64,000 nt of DNA from an uncultured Dehalococcoidales bacterium (GCA_964408935.1 CAYPBF010000001.1:21703-85702), one strand, 5' to 3'; counted from the stretch's first letter, positions 45,897 to 54,785 are shown. Notes: a model not told the origin generated them from the sequence alone. Translations and numbers: made by a program.

Positions 45897-46736
45897 ATGG
45901 ACAAAGAGAAAATCATCGAAATGCTGAACCTGGATATCGAGGGTGAGCACGGCGCCATTATTCAATACCTACTCCATGCCTACGCCATGGGCGAGGGCGA
46001 GATGTCCTGTGAAATCGAGGCCCTGGCCAGGGAGGAAATGCGTCACCTGGACTGGTTGGCCGAGACCGTCGTCGAGCTGGGCGGCACCCCCAGCCTCAAG
46101 CGGGGCAATATGCGTATGGGCGGCCAGGCGGTGCCGGAATGGATGGCTAACGATGTACTGCTGGAAGATGACGCCATCAAGCTCTATAAAGAACATATCC
46201 AGGCTATCGACGACCCCAAGATAAAAAGGCTGCTCAAGCGCATCCTTTCCGACGAAGAATCCCACCGCGGTGATTTTCAGCACTTCGTGGACAAGTCAAA
46301 GAAGGAAGGAGCTACCGACCAGCAGGGCGACAGGAAGGACGAGGTCACCGAGGTACTTAATTGGGGCATCGAGCACGAATACACCGTAATCCTGCAGTAC
46401 CTGCTGCAATCATATCTGGCCACCAACGCCGAGGCCAAGAAGGAGCTGGAAGACCAAGCCATCAACGAGATGCAGCACCTGGGCTGGCTGGCCGAGGAGC
46501 TGGTTGACGGCGGCAGCCGCCCCATAATCGAGCATGCCAAGGTCGACCGCTCCCGAAAGCTGGCCGACATGCTGCGCTCCGATATCAAGATAGAGAAAAA
46601 AGTGGCCGACAAATACGATAAAGCCGCCAAGCAGGTGAAAGACCCCGACCTTAAAAAACTGCTGATTCGCATACGAGACCACGAAATCTACCATACCGAT
46701 GTCTTCAACGACCTGCTTAAAGAAGAGGAGGGCTAA
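45897..46736 (+). CDS. single-chain tandem ferritin/bacterioferritin-like diiron protein
   Basis: GAAGGAGGG SD before ATG 45897. Two repeats (LNLDIEGEHGAIIQYLLHAY / LNWGIEHEYTVILQYLLQSY), each with two ExxH motifs (EEMRH, EESH; NEMQH, HEIYH). Confidence 0.7.
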   Translation: MDKEKIIEMLNLDIEGEHGAIIQYLLHAYAMGEGEMSCEIEALAREEMRHLDWLAETVVELGGTPSLKRGNMRMGGQAVPEWMANDVLLEDDAIKLYKEHIQAIDDPKIKRLLKRILSDEESHRGDFQHFVDKSKKEGATDQQGDRKDEVTEVLNWGIEHEYTVILQYLLQSYLATNAEAKKELEDQAINEMQHLGWLAEELVDGGSRPIIEHAKVDRSRKLADMLRSDIKIEKKVADKYDKAAKQVKDPDLKKLLIRIRDHEIYHTDVFNDLLKEEEG

Positions 46737-46777
46737 AACAACTGCGAAAAGCCACTCTTAACTATCTCATCGCCCTA

Positions 46778-46999
46778 GTGATGGCGCTGCTGGTTTTGGT
46801 GCAGGTGGTATCCGGCTTTGTCCTCTGGCTGGCTCTACCCGCCGGCAGCCGTGGCGGCACCTTTTTACTATCGCGAGACGCCTGGCTCACCATGCACAAC
46901 CGGGCTGCCCTTCTCCTGATAGCGCTAGTGATTGTACACATTATCCTACACTGGGGCTGGATTGTGCGCATGACCAAATCTTACTTCAGCCAGAAATGA
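46778..46999 (+). CDS. small two-TM membrane protein (DUF4405-like)
   Basis: Track start is GTG 46778. The frame stays open back to the upstream stop, and the GGAGG at 46727-46731 would better suit an unusual start near 46742 (CTG). C-terminal HIILHWGW. Confidence 0.45.
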   Translation: MMALLVLVQVVSGFVLWLALPAGSRGGTFLLSRDAWLTMHNRAALLLIALVIVHIILHWGWIVRMTKSYFSQK

Positions 47000-47008
47000 G
47001 GAGGGCGC

Positions 47009-47386
47009 ATGGAAGAACTGATTAAGGAATTCATGACCAAGAAGAGGTTCGCTGTCATCGGCGCCACCGATAATACGGAGAAGTACGGCAACCGCATCTT
47101 TAAGAACCTGACCAAGCGCGGCTACGAGGTCTACCCGGTCAACCCCAACCTCAAGGAAATCGAGGGGGCTAAATGCTACCCTACCCTGTCCGCTGTCCCC
47201 GTCAAGGTCGATGTCGTTGACTTCGTTGTGCCGCCCAAGGTGACCGAGTCTATCCTTGAGGAATGTAAAAAGTTGGGGTTGGCAAACATCTGGTTGCAAC
47301 CTGGCTCGGAGAGCGACACCGCCATCGCCTTCTGCCGCGACAACAAATTCAAGGTGGTATACGGCACCTGTGTTATGTTAAACTAA
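47009..47386 (+). CDS. CoA-binding domain protein (YccU-like)
   Basis: 125 aa. FAVIGATDNTEKYGNRIFKNL, VYPVNP, WLQPGSE. Confidence 0.8.
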   Translation: MEELIKEFMTKKRFAVIGATDNTEKYGNRIFKNLTKRGYEVYPVNPNLKEIEGAKCYPTLSAVPVKVDVVDFVVPPKVTESILEECKKLGLANIWLQPGSESDTAIAFCRDNKFKVVYGTCVMLN

Positions 47387-47417
47387 CGGTGGAGTTATTG
47401 AGTAGAAGGAGCACATC

Positions 47418-47816
47418 ATGAAGATTGCCGTCATCAGCGAAAACGGCACCACCGTAAGTCAGCACTTCGGGCGAGCGCCCTACTACGTAGTGGTCACCGC
47501 CGAAGATGGCGAAGTGGTGGAGAAAGAGAAGCGAGATAAGCCCGGTCACCGCACCTTTGCCCAGCCGGGCCAGGAGCACACCACCAACGAGGAAAGACAC
47601 GGTTTCGGGGCTCACTCCCAGTCGAAACACGCCGCCATGGCCGAACCTATTGCCGATTGCCAGGTTCTTATCGCCGGGGGGATGGGTTGGGGAGCCTACG
47701 AGAACCTGACCAGCCGCGGTATCGAGACCATTGTCACCGACATCAAGAGTATTGACGAAGCGGTCAAGCTATACCTAGAAGGCAAGCTGATTAACCTGCA
47801 GCAGCGCCTGCACTAA
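47418..47816 (+). CDS. NifB/NifX-family (dinitrogenase FeMo-cofactor-binding fold) protein
   Basis: 132 aa. MKIAVISENGTTVSQHFGRAPYYVVV ... VLIAGGMGWGAYENL. Confidence 0.8.
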   Translation: MKIAVISENGTTVSQHFGRAPYYVVVTAEDGEVVEKEKRDKPGHRTFAQPGQEHTTNEERHGFGAHSQSKHAAMAEPIADCQVLIAGGMGWGAYENLTSRGIETIVTDIKSIDEAVKLYLEGKLINLQQRLH

Positions 47817-47844
47817 CCGCAACCAGGCTCAAAGAACAAGCCGT

Positions 47845-47874
47845 TTGCACAACCCATTGCTTTACTGCTAGAAT
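47845..47874 (+). promoter_or_regulatory. candidate promoter (TTGCAC-18 nt-TAGAAT) for the MFS gene
   Basis: ttgcac 47845-47850, tagaat 47869-47874. Confidence 0.35.
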
Positions 47875-47914
47875 AGCTTATTGCCTTTTTAGTGCTCAAA
47901 ACAGAGCCTAGCCA

Positions 47915-47940
47915 TTACCCCCCAGCGTGCTGGGGGGTAA
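47915..47940. other. perfect GC-rich inverted repeat / stem-loop in the MFS leader
   Basis: TTACCCCCCAGC-GT-GCTGGGGGGTAA: 12-nt arms, with an effective stem of about 11 bp and a 4-nt loop. Lies 15 nt before ATG 47956. No flanking T-tract. Confidence 0.5.
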
Positions 47941-47955
47941 AAAATGTGATTTCCC

Positions 47956-49149
47956 ATGGATAAGAAAGCCTTTTTCGTACTGGTCTCAACCATGCTAATC
48001 TCCATGCTGGGGTTCGGCATAGTAGTACCCTTGCTGCCCATCTATGCCGACCAGATGGGGGCCAGCGCCCTCGAAATCGGCCTTATCAACGCCGGCTTCA
48101 GCGTGATGCTTTTGATAACGCTACCTATTATGGGGCGTCTCTCCGACCGCTTCGGGCGCAAGAAGTTCCTCGCCATCGGGATGAGTGTTTTGACTCTGGC
48201 CTCGCTCAGCTTCATCTGGGCAAAAAACCCCACCCAGCTGATTCTGGTACGTGTCTTCCAGGGCCTCGGTGCCTCGATGCACCTGCCCATTGCCCAGGCT
48301 TACCTCGGCGACATCACGCCCGAGAGGGAGGAGGGCAAATGGATGGGGCACTTTACCGCTATCCTCTTCAGCGGTATGAGCCTGGGGCCCCTGCTCGGCG
48401 GTGCGCTTACCGACCTCTTCAGCGTCAACACCACCTTCCTGGTGATGGCAGCGCTCTGCCTGACCGGCCTGATTGCCGTCCTTATCTTCCTGCCTGAGGT
48501 TAAGGAGAGGGTCGTCGCCGCTGGAAATGGCTCCGCCTTCGAGGGTTTAAAGAAGAGCCGTATCTTGAAGGGGGTTTTTGCCTCCCGCATGACCATCGGC
48601 TTCAGTATGGCCTGCATAATGACCTTCCTGCCCCTCTTCGCCAGCGAGAAGCTGGGCTTGAGCGTCTTTCTTATCGGGGTACTCATCGCCTCACGGACGC
48701 CGCTGGCACTGCTGCAGTCTTATACGGGCATGTTGGCCGATAAACACGGCCGACGTGGGCTGGTAGTCATGGGTAGCCTCGGCACCCTTATCTTTATCGC
48801 CCTGATGCCCATAACCAGCAGCTTCTGGCCACTGCTGATAATGAACGCGTTTATGTTTATCGGAGTTGCCTTCGCCGTGCCCGCCGTCACCGCCTACGTC
48901 GTCGAGGAAGGCCGGGTCTTCGGCATGGGAGCCAGCATGGCTCTTTTCATGATGGCCATGCAATTCGGTCACGGGTTGGGACCCGTAGTGCTGGGGAGTA
49001 TCGTTGACTTCATGGGTATTGAATCGGCCTTCTACGCCGCGGCTATTATACTATTGCTCGGTACCTTCGTCTTTATCTGGTTTAGTCGAGGCTACTCGCC
49101 GCCGGTGGCCGAGCCGGCCGAACAACCGGGCCAGAGCACTATTTCTTAG
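47956..49149 (+). CDS. MFS transporter
   Basis: 397 aa, 12 hydrophobic segments, MFS loop motif GRLSDRFGRKK. Its 3' end overlaps the convergent AKR gene by 11 nt. Confidence 0.9.
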   Translation: MDKKAFFVLVSTMLISMLGFGIVVPLLPIYADQMGASALEIGLINAGFSVMLLITLPIMGRLSDRFGRKKFLAIGMSVLTLASLSFIWAKNPTQLILVRVFQGLGASMHLPIAQAYLGDITPEREEGKWMGHFTAILFSGMSLGPLLGGALTDLFSVNTTFLVMAALCLTGLIAVLIFLPEVKERVVAAGNGSAFEGLKKSRILKGVFASRMTIGFSMACIMTFLPLFASEKLGLSVFLIGVLIASRTPLALLQSYTGMLADKHGRRGLVVMGSLGTLIFIALMPITSSFWPLLIMNAFMFIGVAFAVPAVTAYVVEEGRVFGMGASMALFMMAMQFGHGLGPVVLGSIVDFMGIESAFYAAAIILLLGTFVFIWFSRGYSPPVAEPAEQPGQSTIS

Positions 49150-50251
49150 TCAGGGCCGCCGATAGCTTTTCCAGCCAGTCCAGGATGGGAATCTCCCGCC
49201 CGCAGACACAAACCCCACACTGAGTGCAGCTATCGATATCGTGACCCTCCCTCTCGTAGATGGCCCGCGCCGTCTCCATATCGCCGTAGATGATACCATC
49301 GTTGTAGAGCTCAAAGAGGCGGGGGATATTGATGTCCTGCGGACAAGGCATGCAGCCGTGGCAGATGGTACAGGGTATGGGCCTCAGCTTGCGGTAGGCA
49401 TCCCTGACCTGGGCGATGAGCACCTCATCAGCGACGGCGAGGTTGTCGGGCTTAGCCTCGTCGGCCAGAGCTACATTCTCTTTCACCTGTGCCAGGGTAT
49501 TCATATCGCTGACAGCGGTGGCCACTTCGGGGTGGTTCCAGACCCAGCGCAGCCCCCACTCCGCCAGCGAACGTTTCTGAGCCGCCGTCGCCCAAATCTC
49601 AGCCACCGAGGGGGGTGGTTTTTGGGTCAGCCGGCCCCCTTTAAGCGGCTCGGCAGCAACCACCGCCAGCCCCCTTTCCGCGGCCAGCTTCAAGCCGCTG
49701 ACGCCCGGCTGGTAATCAGCGTCCATGTAGCTGAACTGAAACTGTACCAGTGCCCAGCCGTCGTAGTCCTCCAATACGTCCCGGAGAATATGAAAGTGGT
49801 CGTGGAAAGAGAAGCCTAGCTTGCCAGTTCTGCCGTCGGCCAAAGCCTTTTCCGCCCAATCCAGGACACCGAGCTCCTTCAATTTGGGCCAGCTATAGCG
49901 GTGCAGGTCGCTTAGAAGAAGGAAGTCGATACTTTCCGCCTTCAGCCATTCGAGCTGCTGATTAAGGTAGCGGTCGAGGTCGGCGGAGGCATTAATAGAG
50001 AGGGACGGCAGGCTGGTGGCTATTTTGACCTTCCTACGGTAGCCGTTCTCAAGCGCCCGGTTAACGACTGCGGTCAGGTCTTCCTGTCGTTCCAGGTCGT
50101 AAGGGCAGCCCAGGTCGAGGTAGTTGACACCATGGTCAATGGCGTAGCGGAGCATGCCAACAGCCTCATTTGTATCCAGCGGCAGCCGCTGGACACCGAA
50201 GCCTAATACCGACACCTCCCAGTCCAGTCGGCCAAACCTGCGGTAGTTTAT
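49139..50251 (-). CDS. aldo/keto reductase with C-terminal Fe-S (2x Cys-cluster) domain; probable ATA start
   Basis: Track ORF 49139-50215 (GTG) lacks the conserved AKR N-terminus. The frame is open upstream to TAA-ATA and encodes INYRRFGRLDWEVSVLGFG. GGGAGG lies 6 nt before ATA 50251. C-terminal CTICHGCMPCP and CTQCGVCVC. Confidence 0.75.
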   Translation of the reverse strand: MNYRRFGRLDWEVSVLGFGVQRLPLDTNEAVGMLRYAIDHGVNYLDLGCPYDLERQEDLTAVVNRALENGYRRKVKIATSLPSLSINASADLDRYLNQQLEWLKAESIDFLLLSDLHRYSWPKLKELGVLDWAEKALADGRTGKLGFSFHDHFHILRDVLEDYDGWALVQFQFSYMDADYQPGVSGLKLAAERGLAVVAAEPLKGGRLTQKPPPSVAEIWATAAQKRSLAEWGLRWVWNHPEVATAVSDMNTLAQVKENVALADEAKPDNLAVADEVLIAQVRDAYRKLRPIPCTICHGCMPCPQDINIPRLFELYNDGIIYGDMETARAIYEREGHDIDSCTQCGVCVCGREIPILDWLEKLSAALTKK

Positions 50252-50285
50252 TTATAACCTCCCTAAAATCTCAGCCTGAAAGGTG

Positions 50286-51254
50286 CTATTCTTCTTCTTG
50301 TGTCCAGGGAGAATCATGTGTGCCGCTGAGGCAACAAACGATAAAGCCGTAGGGCTTATCCGTCCACCGGGTGATGAGCGGGAGATGGGGAAAGCCTGAA
50401 GGACAGACGGCGACGGTAGGCTTGTTGAAGACGTGTCGCTCGTATTCCTTACCCATAGCCAGCTCCTGTTCACAGCCCAGGAAGTTCAGGTCGTCGGGGT
50501 CGAGCCCGATAAAGACCAGTATTTCCTCAGAAGGATGGTAGTGGGCTTCGCCGCCACGGTGCCAGATGCCAGCGCCGGTGTAGAAACCCCAGGTAAAGTT
50601 GACCTCGAAGCCCTCCAAGTCAGCACCGTAGAGCCAGGCCAGATGGTCGGCATTTCCCGGCCCCAGCAACCCCACCTCACCGAAATCCATATCGAACTCG
50701 GGGTGCTCCTTCTTGAACTCGGCCAGCAATTTCGGGTCCTTGGCTATCTTCGACATCCGGACCGGTTCGAAGCCAGCGCCCAGCGGTTTTATCAGATGGC
50801 CGTATTTCGAGCCCTTGGTGCTGGGCTTTTCGGAAAGAGTCTCGGCCTTGTAGTCTGGGTCCAGGCCGACATGGTAGTGGACTATGGGCTTATCCAGCTT
50901 TTTAATGGTTACCGGGCCATGCGGCATGCCCTTGGGGATGGCGATTGCCGAGGGCGCGTTGAAGGTATGTTCCTCGCGCTCTTCGCCCAGCACCACCGAT
51001 ATCTCGGCGCCCAGATAGGTTATATCGGTGTTATCGATACCAGCAAAGACCAGGCATTCGTCATAAGGGTGCACCAGCGCCCCTTTAACAGGATGGATGC
51101 TGCCCGTTTTCTTGATGAATCCGTAGGAAAAACTGGCGTTGAAACCTTCCATGTCCTTACCTTCCATCCAGAAACGCGGCTCGGTATATAAACCTGCCGG
51201 CGGGTCCTGGACGAGTAGCGGTTTTATCAAATGGGCATACTTTTTCTTAGCCAT
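50286..51254 (-). CDS. bicupin-like protein of unknown function (paralogue 1)
   Basis: 322 aa, two ~150-aa repeats. Cupin motif 2 PxGxxH in both (IPKGMPHGP, CPSGFPHLP). Motif 1 is complete only in the C-terminal barrel (HYHPSEE); the N-terminal barrel reads VHPYDE. Confidence 0.8.
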   Translation of the reverse strand: MAKKKYAHLIKPLLVQDPPAGLYTEPRFWMEGKDMEGFNASFSYGFIKKTGSIHPVKGALVHPYDECLVFAGIDNTDITYLGAEISVVLGEEREEHTFNAPSAIAIPKGMPHGPVTIKKLDKPIVHYHVGLDPDYKAETLSEKPSTKGSKYGHLIKPLGAGFEPVRMSKIAKDPKLLAEFKKEHPEFDMDFGEVGLLGPGNADHLAWLYGADLEGFEVNFTWGFYTGAGIWHRGGEAHYHPSEEILVFIGLDPDDLNFLGCEQELAMGKEYERHVFNKPTVAVCPSGFPHLPLITRWTDKPYGFIVCCLSGTHDSPWTQEEE

Positions 51255-51292
51255 TTCAATGACTCCTCCTCAATAATGGTTTCCAAAAGACT

Positions 51293-52264
51293 TTACGCTT
51301 CCACCCAGGGAGAGGCGTGCTCGCCGCTGAGGCAGACCACGATGAAGCCATAGGGCTTATCCACCCAGCGCGTAATCAGGGGGAGGTGGGGAAAACCACC
51401 GGGACAGACGACGACGGTGGGCGTATTGAAGATATGCCTCTCGTAGTCCTTGCCCATACCCAGCTCCTGTTCACTACCCAGATAATTCAGGTCGTCGGGG
51501 TCGAGCCCGACAAAGACCAGTATCTCCGCCTCGGGGTGGTAGTGAGCCTCGCCACCGCGGTGCCACTTACCGCACTGGGAGTAGAATCCCCAAGTAAAGT
51601 TGACATCGAAGCCCTCAAGGTCCTTACCGAAAAGCCAGGCAATCTGGTCACCATTGCCCGGGCCTACGCCATGCTCAGCGGGATGCAGGATGCCGGAACG
51701 GTCGGCGATAAAGGCATAGCTTATCGGCTCGTCGGGAGCGGGCGGGCCAGGCGGGCGGGCATCGAACTCTTTCCAGTCGATATAGGTAATCAACCGCTTA
51801 ATCAGGTGTCCATGCTTGGTGCCCGTGGTCTTTGCCTTTTGGGAAACCTCGATCGCCTTGTACACCGGGTCCAGCCCGATGGTGTAGTGGGCTATGGCTC
51901 TATCTACCCGTCGGAAGTTGACCGGGCCATGGGGCATACCCTTGGGGATAAGCACCACCGAGGGCTCGTAAAAGACATGCTCCTCACCCTCTTCGCCCAG
52001 CTGAACCGATACCTCCCCACCCAGATAGTGCATGTTGGTATTATCGGTGCCGGCAAAGACTAGGCATTCATCATAAGGGTGCACCAGTGCCCCTTTAACG
52101 GGGTGACAGACCTGCGGTTCCTTGACGAAACCGAAGGAAAAAGTGGCGTTGAAGCCCTCCATGTTCTTGCCTTCCATCCAAAAACGCGGCTCAGGGTAGA
52201 GCCCAGAAGGTCCCTTCTGGACCTTTAATGGCTTTACTAGATGCGCGTATTCCTTTTTAGCCAT
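51293..52264 (-). CDS. bicupin-like protein of unknown function (paralogue 2)
   Basis: Track ORF to 52333. ATG 52264 gives MAKKEYAHLVKPL, parallel to paralogue 1. Motifs VHPYDE / IPKGMPHGP and HYHPEAE / CPGGFPHLP. Confidence 0.8.
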   Translation of the reverse strand: MAKKEYAHLVKPLKVQKGPSGLYPEPRFWMEGKNMEGFNATFSFGFVKEPQVCHPVKGALVHPYDECLVFAGTDNTNMHYLGGEVSVQLGEEGEEHVFYEPSVVLIPKGMPHGPVNFRRVDRAIAHYTIGLDPVYKAIEVSQKAKTTGTKHGHLIKRLITYIDWKEFDARPPGPPAPDEPISYAFIADRSGILHPAEHGVGPGNGDQIAWLFGKDLEGFDVNFTWGFYSQCGKWHRGGEAHYHPEAEILVFVGLDPDDLNYLGSEQELGMGKDYERHIFNTPTVVVCPGGFPHLPLITRWVDKPYGFIVVCLSGEHASPWVEA

Positions 52265-52414
52265 TTGGTAAACCCCCTTTCCAGAGCAAGCATAGCAGGC
52301 ACGGGCCGCTTGGTCAAGATGTTTTAGTTGCAAATCGGCATCATTTGAGAAAAAATGGTTTATATTATATACTATATATAAAATAAATTATTCTCCCAGC
52401 TGGGGAGGTGTAAA

Positions 52415-52873
52415 ATGAGGAAGGATATTGCCAGCCGAATGGTCGATGACCTGCTGTCTGTACCCCCGCTTATCTTCCGGGGCATACGGCGCAAGATGCT
52501 TAAGACGGCGCTAGTCAGTGGTGAGGCCGACATCTCGCCGCTGCACTTTGAGACAATGTTGCAGTTGCGTAAAAAGAAAGGCCCACTCAAAATCACCGAA
52601 ATCGGGGAAAGGCTGCTGGTAGCCCGCGCCCAAATGACCCGCCTCATCGATAAACTGGTAGAGGAGAAGATGGTGGAAAGGCAGGCCGACAGCGCCGACC
52701 GCAGGGTGACCAATATCGTGCTCACCGCCAAGGGTAGCGCTTTCTTAGAAGAACACGGTGGCAACATAAGGAAGGCGGCTGAGAAGACCCTAGCTAGCCT
52801 AAGCGACGAAGAGCTGGCTGAGCTATCGGCTTCGCTGGAGAAGCTGCGCGAGATACTGTCCAGATTGCAGTAG
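52415..52873 (+). CDS. MarR-family transcriptional regulator
   Basis: 152 aa. Winged-helix pattern LKITEIGERLLVARAQMTRLIDKLVEEKMVERQADSADRRVTNIVLTAKG. Divergent from the bicupin genes. Confidence 0.85.
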   Translation: MRKDIASRMVDDLLSVPPLIFRGIRRKMLKTALVSGEADISPLHFETMLQLRKKKGPLKITEIGERLLVARAQMTRLIDKLVEEKMVERQADSADRRVTNIVLTAKGSAFLEEHGGNIRKAAEKTLASLSDEELAELSASLEKLREILSRLQ

Positions 52874-52907
52874 CCCCACCCCTGCCCTGCCTGACTAGGG
52901 ATTCAGT

Positions 52908-54293
52908 ATGGCTATGTTAAACCAACGAAATCAAAGCGTGCTCGACGACAGCCGAATCGGGCGATTGCTGCTCAAGCTGTCTCTGCCTACCTTTTTCGGC
53001 TTCTTCGTGATGACGCTCTACAACGTGGTGGACACCATCTTCATCGGCCACTATATAGGGCCCATGGGCATTGCCGGGCTTTCCATTGTCTTCCCGCTGC
53101 AGGTGATTTCGGTAGGCATCGGCGAGATGACGGGTATGGGTGGGGCTTCGCTGATTTCGAGGTCAATCGGGTCCGGCGACATCAACAAGGCGGAGCGAAC
53201 GCTGGGCAACGCTCTGACGGCCAATATCTTGCTCTCGGTGGCGCTGATGGTGGCCTGCTTAGCCATGCCCGACTTCTGGCTACGGCTTATGGGCTCGTCG
53301 GAGACCATCCTCCCCTACGCCCGCGACTACATGACCATCATTATCATCGGCATGCTCTTCATGACCTTCTCCATGGCCATGAACAACCTGATAAGGGCAG
53401 AGGGCAACGCCCGCATACCGATGATAGGCATGGTCATCGGCGCCTTGACCAACATCGCGCTCGACGCCCTGTTCATCATACCCTTGGGGATGGGGATACA
53501 GGGGGCGGCATTAGCCACGGTGATTGCCCAGATGGTCTCCGTCGCCTTCTTTATGAGGTATTATTTCTCCGGAAAGAGCTTCCTCAAGATTCATTTCCAA
53601 AACCTGACCATACGCTGGCACATACTGAAGGAAATATTGGCCATAGGGATGGCCTCTTTTTCGCGCATGGTGGCCGTCAGCTTTTCGGCCATTTTCGTCA
53701 ACCGGATGCTCATCCTCTACGGCGGAGACATGGCCATCTCCGCCTTCGGCATCATTCATCGCATCATGATGTTCGCCATTATGCCAGGGATTGTTCTCGG
53801 CGGGGGTATGCAACCGATACTGGGCTTCAACTACGGGGCTAAGCGTTACGCTAGAGCCATAAGGACGGTTCTAATCGCTATGGGCGCCGCCGTGGGCTGT
53901 GGCCTGATAGTCTTCGGCATCGTCTATTTCTCCCCAGACCCGCTAATACGCATCTTCACCAACGATGCCGAGCTGGTCAGCCAGAGTGTCTACGCTGCCA
54001 AGCGTATTTTCCTGGCCTTGGCTATCATCCCCACCTTGATGGTGGGCTCGCTGATATTCCAGTCCATCGGGAAGGCATTACAGTCGTTCGTTACTTCCAT
54101 CTCCAGGCCTATCCTCTTCCTGATTCCGCTGGTTTTCATACTGCCTCCCCGCCTGGGGCTGGACGGGGTGTGGTGGGCCTTCCCCATCTCGGACGGGCTC
54201 ACCTTCCTGCTCACCCTGCTGCTGCTTATCCCCCAGTTAAGGGAGATGAGGAACAAGAGACGCCTGGCCCGAGAAGGGCTGATAGCACCCTGA
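52908..54293 (+). CDS. MATE-family efflux transporter
   Basis: 461 aa, 12 TM-like segments. Typical N-terminus (LLKLSLPTFFGFFVMTLYNVVDTIFIGH) and an internal duplicate. Confidence 0.9.
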   Translation: MAMLNQRNQSVLDDSRIGRLLLKLSLPTFFGFFVMTLYNVVDTIFIGHYIGPMGIAGLSIVFPLQVISVGIGEMTGMGGASLISRSIGSGDINKAERTLGNALTANILLSVALMVACLAMPDFWLRLMGSSETILPYARDYMTIIIIGMLFMTFSMAMNNLIRAEGNARIPMIGMVIGALTNIALDALFIIPLGMGIQGAALATVIAQMVSVAFFMRYYFSGKSFLKIHFQNLTIRWHILKEILAIGMASFSRMVAVSFSAIFVNRMLILYGGDMAISAFGIIHRIMMFAIMPGIVLGGGMQPILGFNYGAKRYARAIRTVLIAMGAAVGCGLIVFGIVYFSPDPLIRIFTNDAELVSQSVYAAKRIFLALAIIPTLMVGSLIFQSIGKALQSFVTSISRPILFLIPLVFILPPRLGLDGVWWAFPISDGLTFLLTLLLLIPQLREMRNKRRLAREGLIAP

Positions 54294-54301
54294 TTGCCAG
54301 C

Positions 54302-54742
54302 TTAGAAGTACATCTTGCCGGGGCCAACGCTGAAGTGGAAGATGGGTTTATCTATACGGAGAAAGTAGAGCGGACAGTGCTGCAGGCCCTTAGGGATGAA
54401 GACCAGACAGCTTTTGTTGATTACGTGTTTCTCATCCCCCAGATATAACACAGCTTCACCACCCAGGTCATACATGTCATTCGTGTCGGAACCGAAAAAG
54501 CCCAGTATTTCGTCATAATCGTGCTTATGAGCCTGTGGACCCAGCTTTTCAATGGGAACATCGGAGGGTGGCCTCATTCCGGGCATCAGCCAGACGCACT
54601 CCATATAGAAAGCGCCATCGATAACATCGTTGTCTAAATAGGCGACGCGACCGGGAATGGGACCCTTTGGGCTCCATTCGGGCTTGACGATGTTCTCCTT
54701 GGGTTTATAGATGATGTATTTCCCGTATTTAGATTCGGCCAT
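54302..54742 (-). CDS. single-barrel cupin-like protein, same family as the two bicupins
   Basis: 146 aa. Complete cupin motifs HKHDYDEILGFFG and IPKGLQHCP. Last gene of the minus-strand ABC/SDR operon. Confidence 0.75.
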   Translation of the reverse strand: MAESKYGKYIIYKPKENIVKPEWSPKGPIPGRVAYLDNDVIDGAFYMECVWLMPGMRPPSDVPIEKLGPQAHKHDYDEILGFFGSDTNDMYDLGGEAVLYLGDEKHVINKSCLVFIPKGLQHCPLYFLRIDKPIFHFSVGPGKMYF

Positions 54743-54785
54743 TTTTATCTCTCCTTTCCTTTATTCCTCTGGTCTAGTTTGAGAA

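Noticed and set aside
50433-52063. Long plus-strand ORFs (252 and 248 aa) antisense to both bicupin genes
   Set aside because: They mirror each other only because the sense genes are paralogues. They have no SD or start context and a low-complexity Gly/Val/Leu-rich composition. Treated as shadow ORFs.
52366-52378. TATATA-C-TATATA palindrome in the MarR/bicupin divergent region as a MarR operator
   Set aside because: It is low-complexity TA-repeat DNA that is palindromic by composition. It probably reflects overlapping -10 elements. Not claimed as an operator without binding data.
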